Source of the DNA: Escherichia coli | GTDB taxonomy: Bacteria; Pseudomonadota; Gammaproteobacteria; Enterobacterales; Enterobacteriaceae | Assembly (NCBI RefSeq): GCF_024700885.2 | Contig: NZ_CP117016.1 | Length of the DNA stretch: 64,000 nt | Reading direction: 5' to 3' (one strand) | Shown: positions 31,638 through 48,216 of the stretch, piece by piece | How the letters are laid out: every line of letters begins with the position of its first letter | How positions within the stretch are numbered: the first letter of the stretch is position 1 | Position numbers and translations under genes: made by a program | Notes under the pieces: model-generated | Databases searched by the model: none | What the model was told of the DNA's origin: nothing | What the model saw: only the letters and a program-made list of their open reading frames with translations

Positions 31638-33349
31638 AGGCTATCCTTCGCGTCGGGAGTAAAGGTTACGGCTGGGTCGTGACGATGCCGCCAGCTGTCA
31701 AAAATCAGGTAGACAATCACTACGGCGGCAATGAAATAACTGATCATCGCTAACCAGCGCGTACCGTAGCCGCCGAATTCAGCCAGCCCGGCATAGACGC
31801 CAATCATCGCGAACAGGATACCCATTGACGCGATCTTGACGTTTTTCCACGGTTTCATGTCCACCGCAAACGCATCTTTGAAGGTGAACGGCGTGGCGCG
31901 CGGTTTGATAAAACCGATCACCAGCATCACTACCACGTTGATACAGAACGTACAGGCCAGCACATAGAGGAAATGGAAGTCGAACTTCACCAGATAGTTG
32001 ATGGTGATGTAGCTGATTATGCCAATCCCCATCGCCACTTTTGCCGCCAGCGCCGGAATGCGCGGGAAGAAAAAGCCCATAATGATGATGGTAACCAGCG
32101 GCACGTTGTAAATACCGTTGAGCTGTTTCATCCAGCTATACAGCCCCTGCGGCGCGTTGGCGATCCACGGCGCGACCAGCACCGAAACGATGGCGATAAA
32201 GAAACCAAATTTGCGCCCGACGGTGACCAGCTGCTGCGGCTCGGCATTCTGGTTAATGATGCGACGGTAAATACCCATACTGAATAACGTACTGGCGCTA
32301 TTCAGAAAGCCGTTGAAGGTACTGATCACCGCACCAAATAACACCGCGCCGAAGAAACCCACCAGTGGCACTGGCAGAACGTTATTGACCAGCGTCGGGT
32401 AGGCCATGTCGGCTTTCGGTAGATCCTGATACAGATGAAACGCAATCAACCCTGGCAGTACCAGTACCAGCGGGTCGAGCATTTTCAGCACCGCCGTTAA
32501 CAGCGCCCCCTTTTGCCCTTCCGCCAGGCTTTTTGACGCCAGCGTGCGTTGCACGATGCCCTGATTTGTACACCAGTAAAAGGTGTTCACCAGAATTAAA
32601 CCGGTAAATGCCGCGCCAATCGGCAAGGGATCGGTCGGGCCACCGACTGAGTTTAATTTCTCGGCGTGAACGGTGGTAATTTGCTCAATGCCCTGCGTAA
32701 AGCTGCCCTTGCCCATCGCGATCAGGCCAAATACCGGTACCATCAACCCGCCAATAACCAGCCCAATACCGTTAATGGAGTCCGCCACTGCCATTGCGCG
32801 CAGTCCGCCGATTACCGCATACAAAATTCCCGCCAGACCAAGCAAAATAACCAGTAGCCAGATAGCCGCGCCGTGGGAAATTTGTAACGATTCCCCGACG
32901 TGAAACAGGCTGTTGAGCGCCAACGCGCCGGAGTAGAGAACAATCGGCAGAAAGCAGACGCCGGTGGCAATGAGGAAGCAGAAGTCGATGATAATACGCG
33001 TCGTTTTATCATAACGTTCCTCCAGAAAATCGGGGATGGTGGCAATGCCGCGCTTCAGATAGCGCGGTAAAAAGATTAGCGCGAGGAAGATCAGCGTCAC
33101 CGCTGAAGTCACTTCCCAGCCCATCACCGACATGCCGCTTTTGTAGGCCTGCCCGGAAAGGCCGACCAGTTGTTCCGTGGAAAGGTTGGTTAACATTAAC
33201 GAAGCGGCAATAACCGGCGCTTTTAGTGATCGTCCGGCAAGAAAATAGCCTTGTTGCGATCCGGTATCTGCTTTACGGACCTTCCACCAGGTGATGACCG
33301 CCACCAGCAGCGTAAAACCGACAAAACTCAAGATTTGTAACGAATTCAT
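31634..33349 (-). CDS. yidK: Sodium:solute symporter family transporter YidK
   Basis: 571 aa; MNSLQILSFVGFTLLVAVITWWKVRKADTG...; overlaps yidJ by 4 nt (operon). Confidence 0.9.
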   Translation of the reverse strand: MNSLQILSFVGFTLLVAVITWWKVRKADTGSQQGYFLAGRSLKAPVIAASLMLTNLSTEQLVGLSGQAYKSGMSVMGWEVTSAVTLIFLALIFLPRYLKRGIATIPDFLEERYDKTTRIIIDFCFLIATGVCFLPIVLYSGALALNSLFHVGESLQISHGAAIWLLVILLGLAGILYAVIGGLRAMAVADSINGIGLVIGGLMVPVFGLIAMGKGSFTQGIEQITTVHAEKLNSVGGPTDPLPIGAAFTGLILVNTFYWCTNQGIVQRTLASKSLAEGQKGALLTAVLKMLDPLVLVLPGLIAFHLYQDLPKADMAYPTLVNNVLPVPLVGFFGAVLFGAVISTFNGFLNSASTLFSMGIYRRIINQNAEPQQLVTVGRKFGFFIAIVSVLVAPWIANAPQGLYSWMKQLNGIYNVPLVTIIIMGFFFPRIPALAAKVAMGIGIISYITINYLVKFDFHFLYVLACTFCINVVVMLVIGFIKPRATPFTFKDAFAVDMKPWKNVKIASMGILFAMIGVYAGLAEFGGYGTRWLAMISYFIAAVVIVYLIFDSWRHRHDPAVTFTPDAKDSL

Positions 33350-33515
33350 CTCATAGCCCTTATTTATGTTTATGTCCCGGACGCATGAATATAGGGAGAG
33401 GTAAAATGCGTCGGGTCAGGCAGTCAGATTCTTAAAATACAAACATCGTATCCCTGAACGGATTGTTTTCTGTTAAGTTCAGGTTGTGAGCATAATTCGC
33501 CGGAGGGATATTAAA

Positions 33516-37344
<3,829 letters not shown>

Positions 37345-37640
37345 TTCCACATCCTCTTTTCTCAATTCTGTAAGTAGGAAGCCTGATTGGTTATGCGGCA
37401 GGCCTGGAGCGAGGATAGGAAGATGCGATCGGCAGAACATGACGACCCAGTGGGATTCGTGATCGCTTTCATGCTTTTCGTTGGGCGGTAGAGATCTACG
37501 TTTTCGCAAAAAAGTAGACATCTGTGAGCACTGGTACACAGCATCGAACACATCTTTAAAAAAAAGATGTTTTTTCAATCGATTAAGCAGAACTTGTGGG
37601 CGTATTACCCGGGCTTTCAGGCAAAAAAAGAGATCTAGAG

Positions 37641-38357
37641 ATGATCTACAAAAGCATTGCGGAGCGGTTAAGAATTCGACTTAATTCCGCAGATTTCACG
37701 CTAAACAGCCTTCTTCCCGGTGAAAAAAAGCTGGCGGAAGAGTTTGCGGTATCGCGGATGACCATCCGTAAAGCCATTGATCTGCTGGTGGCGTGGGGGC
37801 TGGTGGTCCGCCGCCACGGTAGCGGTACTTACCTGGTGCGCAAAGATGTATTGCATCAAACCGCCAGCCTGACCGGGCTGGTGGAGGTGTTAAAACGCCA
37901 GGGAAAAACGGTCACCAGCCAGGTGCTGATTTTTGAAATCATGCCTGCGCCTCCGGCCATTGCCAGCCAGTTACGGATTCAAATCAACGAGCAGATCTAC
38001 TTCTCCCGTCGCGTTCGTTTTGTGGAAGGGAAACCGCTGATGCTGGAAGACAGCTATATGCCGGTAAAACTGTTCCGTAATCTTTCGCTGCAACATCTGG
38101 AAGGGTCGAAGTTTGAATATATTGAACAAGAGTGCGGGATTCTGATTGGCGGTAATTATGAAAGCCTGACGCCGGTGCTCGCCGATAGACTGCTGGCGCG
38201 GCAAATGAAGGTAGCGGAGAACACGCCACTGCTGCGGATCACCTCGTTGTCATATAGCGAGAGCGGGGAGTTTTTGAATTATTCAGTAATGTTCAGAAAT
38301 GCCAACGAATACCAGGTGGAGTACCATTTACGGCGACTCCACCCGGAAAAGAGTTAA
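37641..38357 (+). CDS. yidP: GntR-family transcriptional regulator YidP
   Basis: 238 aa from [49 protein letters not shown]... Confidence 0.8.
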
Positions 38358-40015
38358 CCGATACTCCAGAAGAGCACCGCCAGTAATTGGGGGGTGATAA
38401 TGCGCAGGAACATCACTAACGGATAGACAGTGGCGTAAGAGAGCGCCGCCGCACCGCTCGTTGGATGAAGATTATTAGCAAACGCCAGCGCCGGAGGATC
38501 GGTCATGGAGCCAGCCAGCATCCCGCACATGGTCAGGTAATTCATTTTGGCTAACATCCGCGCCAGAATACCAACAGTAATCAGCGGAACGGCGGTGATC
38601 AGGGCACCATATCCAATCCAGCTTAGCCCTTCGCCATTGACCAGGGTATTCACAAAATCCCCACCAGATTTCAGCCCCACTACCGAGAGGAACAGCACGA
38701 TCCCCAGCTCCCGCAGCGCGAGGTTGGCGCTTGGCGGCATAAACCAGTACAGCTTACCGATACTGCCGATACGCCCGAGGATCAACGCCATAATCAGCGG
38801 ACCGCCCGCCAGCCCCAGTTTCAACGCGGCCGGGAATCCCGGCACAAAGACGGGAATAGAGCCTAACAATACGCCAAGCCCGATACCAATAAACACCGGC
38901 AACATCTGAACCTGTTGCAGTTTTTGCTGCGCATTCCCCAGCACATTGGCAACGGCATCAATTGCGGACGGACGCCCCACCAGGTTGAGGATATCGCCGA
39001 ACTGCAGGCTGATATCGCCACTGGCGACCAGTTCGACCCCGGCACGGTTCAGGCGCGAGATAACAACGTCATAGCGTTCTTTAAAGTGCAGGTCGCGAAT
39101 ACGTTTTCCGAGCACGTTTTCATTGGTGACCACCACACGCTCGACGCGTAAATCAGTGCCTTTCGTGGACAGCGAGGTATCGACCTCCTGACCAATCACC
39201 AGTTGCGCATTATGTAAATCCGCTGGCTGCCCCACCAGATGCAGCAAATCGCCCAGTTGGATAATGGTATCTGGCGAAGGTACTTTTAGGGTTTCTTCTC
39301 GTTTCAGACGCGAGCAGATAATTTTGTCGCCGTTGAGAATCGGTACATCTTTAATGGCTAAATCATGCAGATTAGGGTTCTCAACGCGAATATTGATAGT
39401 CCTGATCAGCGCGCCGCCATTGGTGCGTGAAGACTCGTGCTGCTGGGCTTCTGTCTCGACATTGACGCGGAAAATAACCCGCAACATCCACATGGTGAAC
39501 AAAATCCCGCAAATGCCGAATGGATACGCCATCGCGTAACTCATCCCCATCTGATCGACCATTTCCATTGGTGTACCCAGGTCGCGCAAGATCTGCTGCC
39601 CTGCCCCCAGTGCTGGCGTATTGGTTACCGCACCGGAGAAAATCCCCAGCACTACCGGCAGTGGAATATCAAACAGTTTATGCAGGATGGCGGTAACCAG
39701 ACCACCGATGATGACGATCAGAACAGCAAACAGGTTGAGGCGTAATCCGGAGACGCGCAATGAGGCAAAGAAGCCCGGACCCACCTGAATCCCGATGGTA
39801 TAAACGAACAGGATCAGGCCAAATTCCTGAATAACATGCAGCATATCGCTACTTAATGTCATCCCCGCCTGAGAAACAAAATGGCCGACGATGATCCCAC
39901 CAAACAGCACGCCGCCAATACCTAATCCTATGCCGCGAAATTTGACGTTGCCGATAAACAAACCGACGACTGCCACCAAAGCCAGAATACTGACCGTTAA
40001 TGCTATATCACTCAT
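38354..40015 (-). CDS. yidE: Putative transport protein YidE (AAE family, two TrkA-C domains)
   Basis: 553 aa from [40 protein letters not shown]... Confidence 0.85.
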
Positions 40016-40163
40016 CGTCCATTTCTCTTGAGATAACATTTTAATTGCTACGGATTATGGCTGAATCGGTGAAGCAGATTTGCCTTATAGCGCACATTAT
40101 CACGGGAAAGAACGTGCCGAAATATCTTAAACAGGCGAAAATTAACGCATTGTTGAAGAAGAA

Positions 40164-40196
40164 AGACAAAAAAAGCCCCACCAGAATGGCGGGGCA
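40164..40196 (-). terminator. Rho-independent terminator of ibpAB
   Basis: On the minus strand, gccccgccattctggtggggc is followed by T7. Confidence 0.7.
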
Positions 40197-40210
40197 AAGA
40201 GAATAGCTAG

Positions 40211-40639
40211 TTAGCTATTTAACGCGGGACGTTCGCTGATAGCGATACGCTGCGCTGCGATGGGTTCAGGCTCATTACGAATTAAATCAATATGCAGTAA
40301 ACCGTTTACGAAGGTTGCGCCAGAGACTTCCATATTTTCAGCCAGCGTAAAGCTCAGGCTAAATGGCTGATTCATAAGCCCTTGATGCAGCCATTTTTTC
40401 TCTTCTTTTGGCTGCTCCGGCGTGCCTTTTACGCTCAGGCGCGTACCTTCCAGTTGAATCTCTAAATCTTCCTGACGAAAACCTGCCAGCGCAAGGGTAA
40501 TGCGGTAGTGGTTATCGTCGCTTTTCTCAATGTTGTACGGCGGGAAGCTCTGGCTTTCACCGGCGTTTTGCAGTGCGTTGGCCAGTTTGTCAAAACCGAT
40601 CCATTGACGCATCAGTGGGGATAAATCGAAGTTACGCAT
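40211..40639 (-). CDS. ibpB: Small heat-shock protein IbpB
   Basis: 142 aa; [54 protein letters not shown]... Confidence 0.9.
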
Positions 40640-40750
40640 AGTCATTTCTCCTTCTAAGAAGCGAGTAAGTACCTGCAAATCCGAAGATTCGCATATGCTC
40701 CCTGACGGCGAGCATGGAGATGTCAGGCCGCGCCAGGCGGCCTTAAGGAA

Positions 40751-41164
40751 TTAGTTGATTTCGATACGGCGCGGTTTTTTCGCTTCCGGAATCACGCGTT
40801 CGAGATCGATATACAGCAGACCATTCACCAGGTTAGCGCCACGAACATGAATGTTCTCAGCTAACTGGAATTTGCGTTCAAAGTTGCGTTCAGCGATGCC
40901 CTGGTACAGATAGGTGCGCTCTTTTTGTTCGTCGGCGTGAGCACCTTTCACCACCAGCAGATTATCCTGGGCGGTAATTTCCAGTTCGCTCTCAGCAAAA
41001 CCAGCCACAGCGATAGCAATGCGGTAATGGTTTTCGTCTACCAGTTCAACGTTATACGGAGGGTAGCCGCCATTACTCTGGCTCTGGTTGTTTTCTAAGT
41101 GGTTAAACAAACGGTCAAATCCAATAGCAGAACGGTAAAGCGGGGATAAATCAAAGTTACGCAT
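40751..41164 (-). CDS. ibpA: Small heat-shock protein IbpA
   Basis: 137 aa; [56 protein letters not shown]... Confidence 0.9.
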
Positions 41165-41298
41165 AATCAATAGCTCCTGAAATCAGCGAGAATGTAAGAC
41201 CTTCCACAATGGACAGGTCAGGTAGCCAGAACACCCATCAGGCGCGTCCTCATCGGCTACGATGTAAAAATGGGTCTGGAAATGAACTTTTCAAGCCT
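41165..41298 (-). promoter_or_regulatory. ibpA sigma-32 heat-shock promoter plus 5'-UTR (ROSE-like RNA thermometer region)
   Basis: On the minus strand, cTTGAAAagttcatttccagacCCCATTTTtac matches the sigma-32 consensus (TTGAAA-N14-CCCCATTT). Placing a thermometer in the 5'-UTR follows the published description of ibpA. Confidence 0.6.
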
Positions 41299-41469
41299 TA
41301 TCAGCGGACTTTTTTTTGCAGTTTATGGTCTATTGCATAGACTGAGGGGGCAGCACGAAACGTTAAAGTGCGATAGCCGCCACAGTGCGACGTAATGATG
41401 ATGTTATTTTCAGCAAGGGATCGCTATAACTCATCAGGCCAACACCCACGATCAACAGATGAATTTATT

Positions 41470-41802
41470 ATGATAAGAAATGTGTTGTTAGCGTTCATGA
41501 TATGCAGCGGAATGACATTACTCGGAGGATGCTCCAGCGTGATGTCCCATACCGGGGGGAAAGAAGGAACGTATCCCGGCACCCGCGCCAGCGCCACCAT
41601 GATTGGCGACGAGGAAACCAACTGGGGCACTAAGTCGCTGGCGATTCTCGATATGCCGTTTACCGCTGTGATGGACACGCTTTTACTGCCGTGGGATGTG
41701 TTCCGCAAAGACAGCTCGGTGCGCTCACGCGTTGAAAAAAGCGAAGCCAACGCGCAAGCCACAAATGCGGTTATTCCACCCGCCAGAATGCCTGATAACT
41801 GA
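41470..41802 (+). CDS. yidQ: DUF1375 lipoprotein YidQ
   Basis: 110 aa from MIRNVLLAFMICSGMTLLGGCSS... with a lipobox (LLGGC). Confidence 0.8.
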   Translation: MIRNVLLAFMICSGMTLLGGCSSVMSHTGGKEGTYPGTRASATMIGDEETNWGTKSLAILDMPFTAVMDTLLLPWDVFRKDSSVRSRVEKSEANAQATNAVIPPARMPDN

Positions 41803-41803
41803 T

Positions 41804-43054
41804 TTAGCGATCAGTTTCGGTGATCCACAGCTGGCCGCCTTCCATCCACGCCAGCCACTGACCATCCGGCGAGAAGACCACGGCGTCCGCAGAAGGTGGA
41901 TTGGCGTGGTTTTCGGTTAAATACTCAACCTCGCCGCTTTGCGCATGGGCGCAAGCAATTCGATTATCCAGCACAAAGCCCAACCATTCTCCTGACGGAT
42001 GCCAGTTAAATGCAGACTGAATATCCGTTTTATTATGGGTTAACTGGCGCGGCTCGCCGCCTTGTGGCGAGATAAGCCACAGTTGCACAATGCCGTTATC
42101 ATCACGCATTAAAAACGCGATTTGCGTACCCTGCGGATTACAGCGCACCCAGTGGCGCGGGACGTTGACTAACCCCGGATAAGCCCGATGGTGGGTAAAG
42201 GTTAAACGTCGCTGCACGACGCCACGCGGTGGCGCGGGCAGGGTTGTTTCCGTTCCACTTAACGGCGCATCACCTGCCGCTTTCCAGCCAGCTTCATCTT
42301 GCGGTAACTCAACGATAAATAGCTCCGGCACTTTCTCGCCCTTTGGCGAAAGTGTGTCGCCAATAAACGCCAGCGCGTGATTTCCTACCCATCCTTCTTC
42401 ATAAGCACGATTGATTTCATCACTGCCAGGCTGCGGCGTGGGCGTGGTTTTACTCACCAGCACACACCAGTGGCTACCGCTGTATTCACGCGGATGCTGC
42501 TTTTGTACATTGACCGGGCCAAACGGCGCAGCAACACCGACGTTTCGCAAATCCAGCGCCGAATCGAGTTGATGCATTACATGGTCGTTATAGGTAAAGC
42601 TCACCCTTTCTCCGTTCGGGCTAAAGACATGCACATGGCTGCCGCCGCGCAGCGCTCCTGGGGTGTACGGCGCGGTAATATCCATTGCATCGAGATTGCT
42701 CACCTTGCCGCCTTCAGCAATCACTCCGCGCCGATGATGGAAGTCGTAATGCCATGTTTCATCAGGATTTTCCGGGCCGTGAATAAAGACATATTTCTCT
42801 GACTTCGGATGAACGGTCACCACGCCGACGTGTGCGCCCTGTGACGCGCGATAGATAACCTCGACCTCGCCGGTATGGATATTCACACGCTCAATGGTCT
42901 CGCCAGTAAACGACGCCCCAGAAGGACGCACGTCAAATACCAGCCACTGGCTGTCGGGCGTCCAGGTATTGGTATTGGTGAGCAGGTGATTACGGGGAGC
43001 AAAGGTTATCTGTTTCATGGCGCGGTCCTGATACAAAACGGGTCCCGCCATCAT
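41804..43054 (-). CDS. yidR: DUF3748 beta-propeller protein YidR
   Basis: MMAGPVLYQDRAMKQITFAPRNHLLTNTNTWTPDSQWLVFDVRPSG...; an alternative start is at 43018 (MKQ...). Confidence 0.75.
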   Translation of the reverse strand: MMAGPVLYQDRAMKQITFAPRNHLLTNTNTWTPDSQWLVFDVRPSGASFTGETIERVNIHTGEVEVIYRASQGAHVGVVTVHPKSEKYVFIHGPENPDETWHYDFHHRRGVIAEGGKVSNLDAMDITAPYTPGALRGGSHVHVFSPNGERVSFTYNDHVMHQLDSALDLRNVGVAAPFGPVNVQKQHPREYSGSHWCVLVSKTTPTPQPGSDEINRAYEEGWVGNHALAFIGDTLSPKGEKVPELFIVELPQDEAGWKAAGDAPLSGTETTLPAPPRGVVQRRLTFTHHRAYPGLVNVPRHWVRCNPQGTQIAFLMRDDNGIVQLWLISPQGGEPRQLTHNKTDIQSAFNWHPSGEWLGFVLDNRIACAHAQSGEVEYLTENHANPPSADAVVFSPDGQWLAWMEGGQLWITETDR

Positions 43055-43118
43055 ACTTCACAAGGACTTCACTTTCAGACAATAGTCTTTTGCCATCGTG
43101 ATGAATGTGAGTGAAAAG

Positions 43119-44183
43119 ATGGAACATTTCGACGTGGCGATTATTGGCCTCGGTCCAGCAGGTTCGGCGTTGGCGCGAAAGTTAGCAGACAAAATGCAGG
43201 TGATCGCGCTGGATAAAAAGCACCAGCATGGTACTGAAGGTTTCAGCAAACCCTGCGGCGGTCTGCTGGCACCGGACGCGCAGCGATCTTTTATTCGCGA
43301 TGGACTGACGCTTCCTGTCGATGTGATCGCCAACCCGCAGATTTTCAGCGTCAAAACCGTCGACGTCGCCGCATCGCTCACACGTAACTACCAGCGAAGC
43401 TATATCAATATTAATCGCCACGCTTTCGACTTGTGGATGAAATCGCTGATCCCCGCCAGCGTTGAGGTTTACCACGATAGCCTGTGTCGAAAAATCTGGC
43501 GTGAGGATGATAAATGGCATGTCATTTTTCGTGCAGACGGTTGGGAGCAGCATATTACCGCCCGCTATCTGGTCGGTGCCGATGGTGCCAACTCGATGGT
43601 GCGGCGACATCTCTACCCGGACCATCAAATTCGTAAATATGTCGCTATCCAGCAGTGGTTCGCAGAGAAGCATCCGGTGCCGTTCTACTCCTGCATCTTT
43701 GATAATGCGATAACTGACTGTTACTCATGGAGTATCAGCAAAGACGGTTATTTTATCTTTGGCGGTGCCTATCCAATGAAAGACGGTCAGACGCGTTTCG
43801 CGACGCTGAAAGAGAAAATGAGCGCCTTTCAGTTCCAGTTTGGCAAAGCGGTGAAAAGTGAGAAATGTACCGTGTTGTTTCCCTCACGTTGGCAGGATTT
43901 TGTCTGCGGTAAGGACAATGCCTTTCTGATTGGTGAAGCAGCGGGATTTATCAGCGCCAGCTCGCTGGAGGGAATTAGCTATGCGCTGGATAGCGCAGAG
44001 ATTCTGCGTTCAGTGTTACTGAAGCAGCCGGAGAAGAGCAACGCCGCCTACTGGCGCGCCACCCGCAAACTGCGTTTAAAACTCTTCGGCAAGATAGTAA
44101 AAAGCCGATGCCTGACCGCACCGGCTTTAAGAAAGTGGATTATGCGCAGTGGTGTGGCGCATATTCCACAGTTGAAAGATTAG
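43119..44183 (+). CDS. cbrA: FAD-dependent oxidoreductase CbrA (colicin M resistance)
   Basis: 354 aa from [23 protein letters not shown]... (Rossmann GxGxxG motif). Confidence 0.85.
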
Positions 44184-45472
44184 CCAACGCGCTTCACATC
44201 GCCCACCAGCAGGATGTAAGAGAGCGCGCCAATCAACGCGACGGCAGAAATATAAACCAGTGCAGGTGCGAAACCGTAACCCTGCGCCAGGTACCCCACC
44301 ACCAGCGGAACGGTGATGCCGCCCAGACCACCGGCAAAGTTAAACACGCCGCCGGTTAAACCAATCAGGCGCATCGGTGCCAGAGAAGAGACCAGCGACC
44401 AGGTAATCGAAGCAAAACCGTTGCCGAAGAATGCCAGCGCCATCAGGCACATAATCATCATCGGATCGTTGGTGTAGTTAGCGCCCATAATGCAGGTGGA
44501 GATCAGCAAGCCGCAGATAATCGGCGTTTTACGCGCAAAGCCCAGTGAAAAGCCCTTACGTACCAGCAGATCCGCGACCCAGCCAGAGAGCAGGACGCCG
44601 ACAAACGCCGCAAGAAACGGCACCGTGGTCATAAATCCTGCTTTCAGCGCTGTGATTCCTTTTTCCTGGGTTAAATAGTTCGGGAACCAGGTTAAGAAAA
44701 ACCACAGTGTAGAAGCCACCGCAAATTGCCCAAGATAGACGCCAATCAGTTTACGATGGAACACCAGTTTCCAGTCTTTGGCTGTTAACGGCTGACGCGC
44801 CTCTTTCTTCACCGGCGCATCACCATCCACCAGACCGCCGCCATCACGAATGTAATCCAGTTCAGCTTTGCTGATACCTTTAGTCAGGCGCGGCGGCTGA
44901 TAAACCTTAAACCAAATCAGCGACCAGATAATGCCGATACCACCAGTGACAATGAACACCCAGTGCCAGCTCAACATTTCCTGAATCCAGATCAGCAGCG
45001 GAGTCAGAAACGCCAGACCGACAAACTGACCAGACGTATAAAAACCAACGGCGGAAGCGCGTTCATGTTCCGGGAACCAGCTGGTCACCATCCGGTTATT
45101 GGTCGGGAAAGCGGGCGCTTCGAAAATACCGGTTATCGCGCGCAGACCAATTAATGACATTAATCCCGTGGCAAAGCCCTGGAATAAAGTCGCCACTGAC
45201 CAGCCAAATATCGCAATAAAATAAGTCACGCGAGAACCTACGCGATCTAAAAACCAACCGCCGGGGATCTGGCATAGCGTATAAAGCCAGGCGAAGGCCG
45301 AAAATACATAGCCCATTTCCGCTTTGGTAATACCGAACTCTTCCTGAATATGGGCGGAAGCCACGGCCAGGTTAGCGCGGTCAACATAACAAATGACCAC
45401 CGTAATAAAGATCATCACCAGCGTCAGATAACGCCGACGCCCCGGCTTTGCTGCATTAACGGGAATATCCAT
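44180..45472 (-). CDS. dgoT: D-galactonate:H+ symporter (MFS)
   Basis: 430 aa from [35 protein letters not shown]... Confidence 0.9.
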
Positions 45473-45591
45473 AGCGAGCTTTCTCCAGATTTTGGGCATA
45501 GCGAAGCCGCTCACCATGCCCTGTAATTTACAGAGGGTTATATTTTTGTATTGCTGTTTTAGTGCCCGATGAGGGGCTTACGTGGCAGGAA

Positions 45592-46740
45592 TTACCACTC
45601 TGCTACGCTGTTATCTTCATGACGCCAGAGCGGATTACGCCAGTCCGGGGCATTTTTACTGAACTCAATAACTTTAGCTTCGTCGATTTCCACACCTAAG
45701 CCCGGTTTCGTTAATGGTTTAAAGAAACCGCCGACCATGCTGAAGTCTTCTTTGTTTTTCACAAAGTCGAGTAACTCCGCGCCTTTGTTGTAATGAATGC
45801 CCATACTTTGTTCCTGAAGTACGGCGTTATAGGAAACAAAGTCGATATGCAGACAAGCCGCCAGTGCAATCGGTCCGAGAGGACAGTGCGGCGCAAGGGT
45901 CACGTCATAGGCTTCTGCCATTCCGGCAATTTTGTAGCATTCGGTAATACCGCCTGCATGAGAGAGATCCGGTTGCAGAATCGAAATACCGCCCGCCTCC
46001 AGCACGCGTTTAAAATCGAAGCGTGAGAACATGCGTTCACCCGCCGCCAGTGGAATATGCGTTTGTGCCGCCAGTTTCGGGTAGTATTCGGCCTGTTCCG
46101 CCAGCACCGGCTCTTCAATAAACAGCGGGCGATACGGCTCCAGTTCTTTAATCAGCACTTTCGCCATCGGCGCGCTGACGCGACCGTGGAAATCAAGACC
46201 AAACTCAATCTGATTGCCAAAAGCTTCACGAATTTGTGCCACTGTGTTGACTGCCGCATCTACCGCGCGGGAGTTATCAATTAGCCCCAGTTCTTCACAA
46301 CCGTTCAGTTTGAAGGTATCGAAGCCGATTTCGCGCAGCGTTTTAATGCCGTCGATAACATCCGCCGGACGATCGCCGCCGACCCAACTGTAGGCTTTAA
46401 TTTTGTCGCGAACCAGGCCGCCCATCAGTTGCCAGACCGGCGCGTTCAGCACTTTACCTTTGATATCCCATAACGCCTGGTCGATCCCGGCAATGGCGCT
46501 CATCAGGATCGGACCGCCACGATAAAATCCGGCGCGATACATCACTTGCCATAAGTCATTGATGCGCGATGGATCCTGACCAATCAAATAGTCACCCAGC
46601 TCGTGAACTGCCGCTTCCACCGTACGGGCGCGGCCTTCGATCACGGGCTCGCCCCAACCGACCACGCCTTCATCGGTTTCAATTTTCAGGAACATCCAGC
46701 GGGGAGGTAAACGATACGTGGTAATTTTGGTGATTTTCAT
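45592..46740 (-). CDS. dgoD: D-galactonate dehydratase
   Basis: 382 aa; [33 protein letters not shown]..., enolase superfamily. Confidence 0.95.
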
Positions 46741-47354
46741 TGCACTGCCTCTCGATACGCCTTAACAAATGCTGCTGCCTGCTGCGCGGTGCGTTCTACG
46801 GTCTGCCCGGCGCGATAGAGATCGCTGCCTAAACCTGCTCCTGCACAACCTGCGTCTATCCACTGCGCCAGGTTTTCTGGCGTCACGCCGCCAACGGCAA
46901 AGACTGCGATGTCCGGTGGTAATACCGCTTTTAACGCTTTGATGTATTGCGGACCAAAAGCCGATGACGGAAATATTTTCAGCGCCTGCGCGCCCGCGTC
47001 GAGCGCTGTAAAGGCTTCGGTCGCCGTCGCGCAGCCGGGGCAAACGGTCATACCGTAGCCCACCGCACGGCGGATCACTTCACTATGGATATTGGGCGTA
47101 ACGATGAGCTGGCAGCCCATCCTGGCGAGTGCATCGACCTGTTCAGGTTTCAGTACCGTACCTGCGCCAATCAACGCCTTGTCGCCATACGCATCAACGA
47201 TGGCGGGAATGCTCTGCTCCCATTGTGGGGAATTCAGCGGGATTTCAACCGCGTCGAACCCGGCGTCAATCACCGCGCCAACATGCGCCAGCGCCTCGTC
47301 GGGCGTAATACCGCGCAAAATGGCGATCAGCGGGAGTTTAGTTTGCCACTGCAT
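46737..47354 (-). CDS. dgoA: 2-dehydro-3-deoxy-6-phosphogalactonate aldolase
   Basis: 205 aa; [43 protein letters not shown]... Confidence 0.9.
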
Positions 47355-48216
47355 GAGCGATGCTCCTTATACCAGCCTGAAATGCCGTGTCGCCCGCTAC
47401 CGCCGTCACGTCGCACCCCATCGCCTGAAAGGCTTGCTGGTAGCGCGCGGTCAGCGATGTTCCGGCGACAAGGGTGATGGCGTGTTGATGGGTCACATAG
47501 TCGCGCATACTGGCGACCTCTGCGCCAATCAACAAACCAGAGAGAAATTCGCTGACCTGTTCACGGGGAAGCGTTCCCAGCACATGCGAGGCGCGAACTT
47601 CAAAAAGCTGCGGCAATATGGCGGGCGCATTAAGGCCACGCTCAAGGCCAGCCGCGAAGGCATCGGCAGAGTTTTCCTGCGGCGGCAAACCTGCGCCAAT
47701 CAATGAGTGATTTAACAGTAAATGATGTAATTCACCGGTCATCACGGTGCGAAAATCGTTGATTTGCTGGCTATCGGCCTGCACCCATTTGCAATGCGTA
47801 CCGGGCATGACATAAAGAGAGGAAGGAGCCAGAGCACGCGCGCCGATCAATTGTGTTTCTTCGCCGCGCATCACATTATGGTTATCGTCATGAGAGATGC
47901 ATAATCCGGGAATAATCCAGATATTGTCGCCAACCGACGTTAATTGATCGCTAATAGACGAAAAACGGGCAGGAACGGATAAATACGGCGCGACTTTCCA
48001 GCCGACATTGCTGCCGACCATTCCTGCCATTACCACTGGCGTATTCTCTTCACGCCAGTCGGTCGTCACTTCTGCTAACACCGCAGCCGGAGATTTTCCG
48101 TTCAGACGCGTGACGCCTGCTTCTGATTGCCTGCTGTCCAGGCAGTGGTCGCCCTGATAAAGCCAGGCGCGCAGATTGGTCGATCCCCAGTCAATTGCGA
48201 TGTAGCGAGCTGTCAT
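47338..48216 (-). CDS. dgoK: 2-dehydro-3-deoxygalactonokinase
   Basis: 292 aa; MTARYIAIDWGSTNLRAWLYQGDHCLDSRQSEAGVTRLNG... Confidence 0.9.
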   Translation of the reverse strand: MTARYIAIDWGSTNLRAWLYQGDHCLDSRQSEAGVTRLNGKSPAAVLAEVTTDWREENTPVVMAGMVGSNVGWKVAPYLSVPARFSSISDQLTSVGDNIWIIPGLCISHDDNHNVMRGEETQLIGARALAPSSLYVMPGTHCKWVQADSQQINDFRTVMTGELHHLLLNHSLIGAGLPPQENSADAFAAGLERGLNAPAILPQLFEVRASHVLGTLPREQVSEFLSGLLIGAEVASMRDYVTHQHAITLVAGTSLTARYQQAFQAMGCDVTAVAGDTAFQAGIRSIAHAVAN

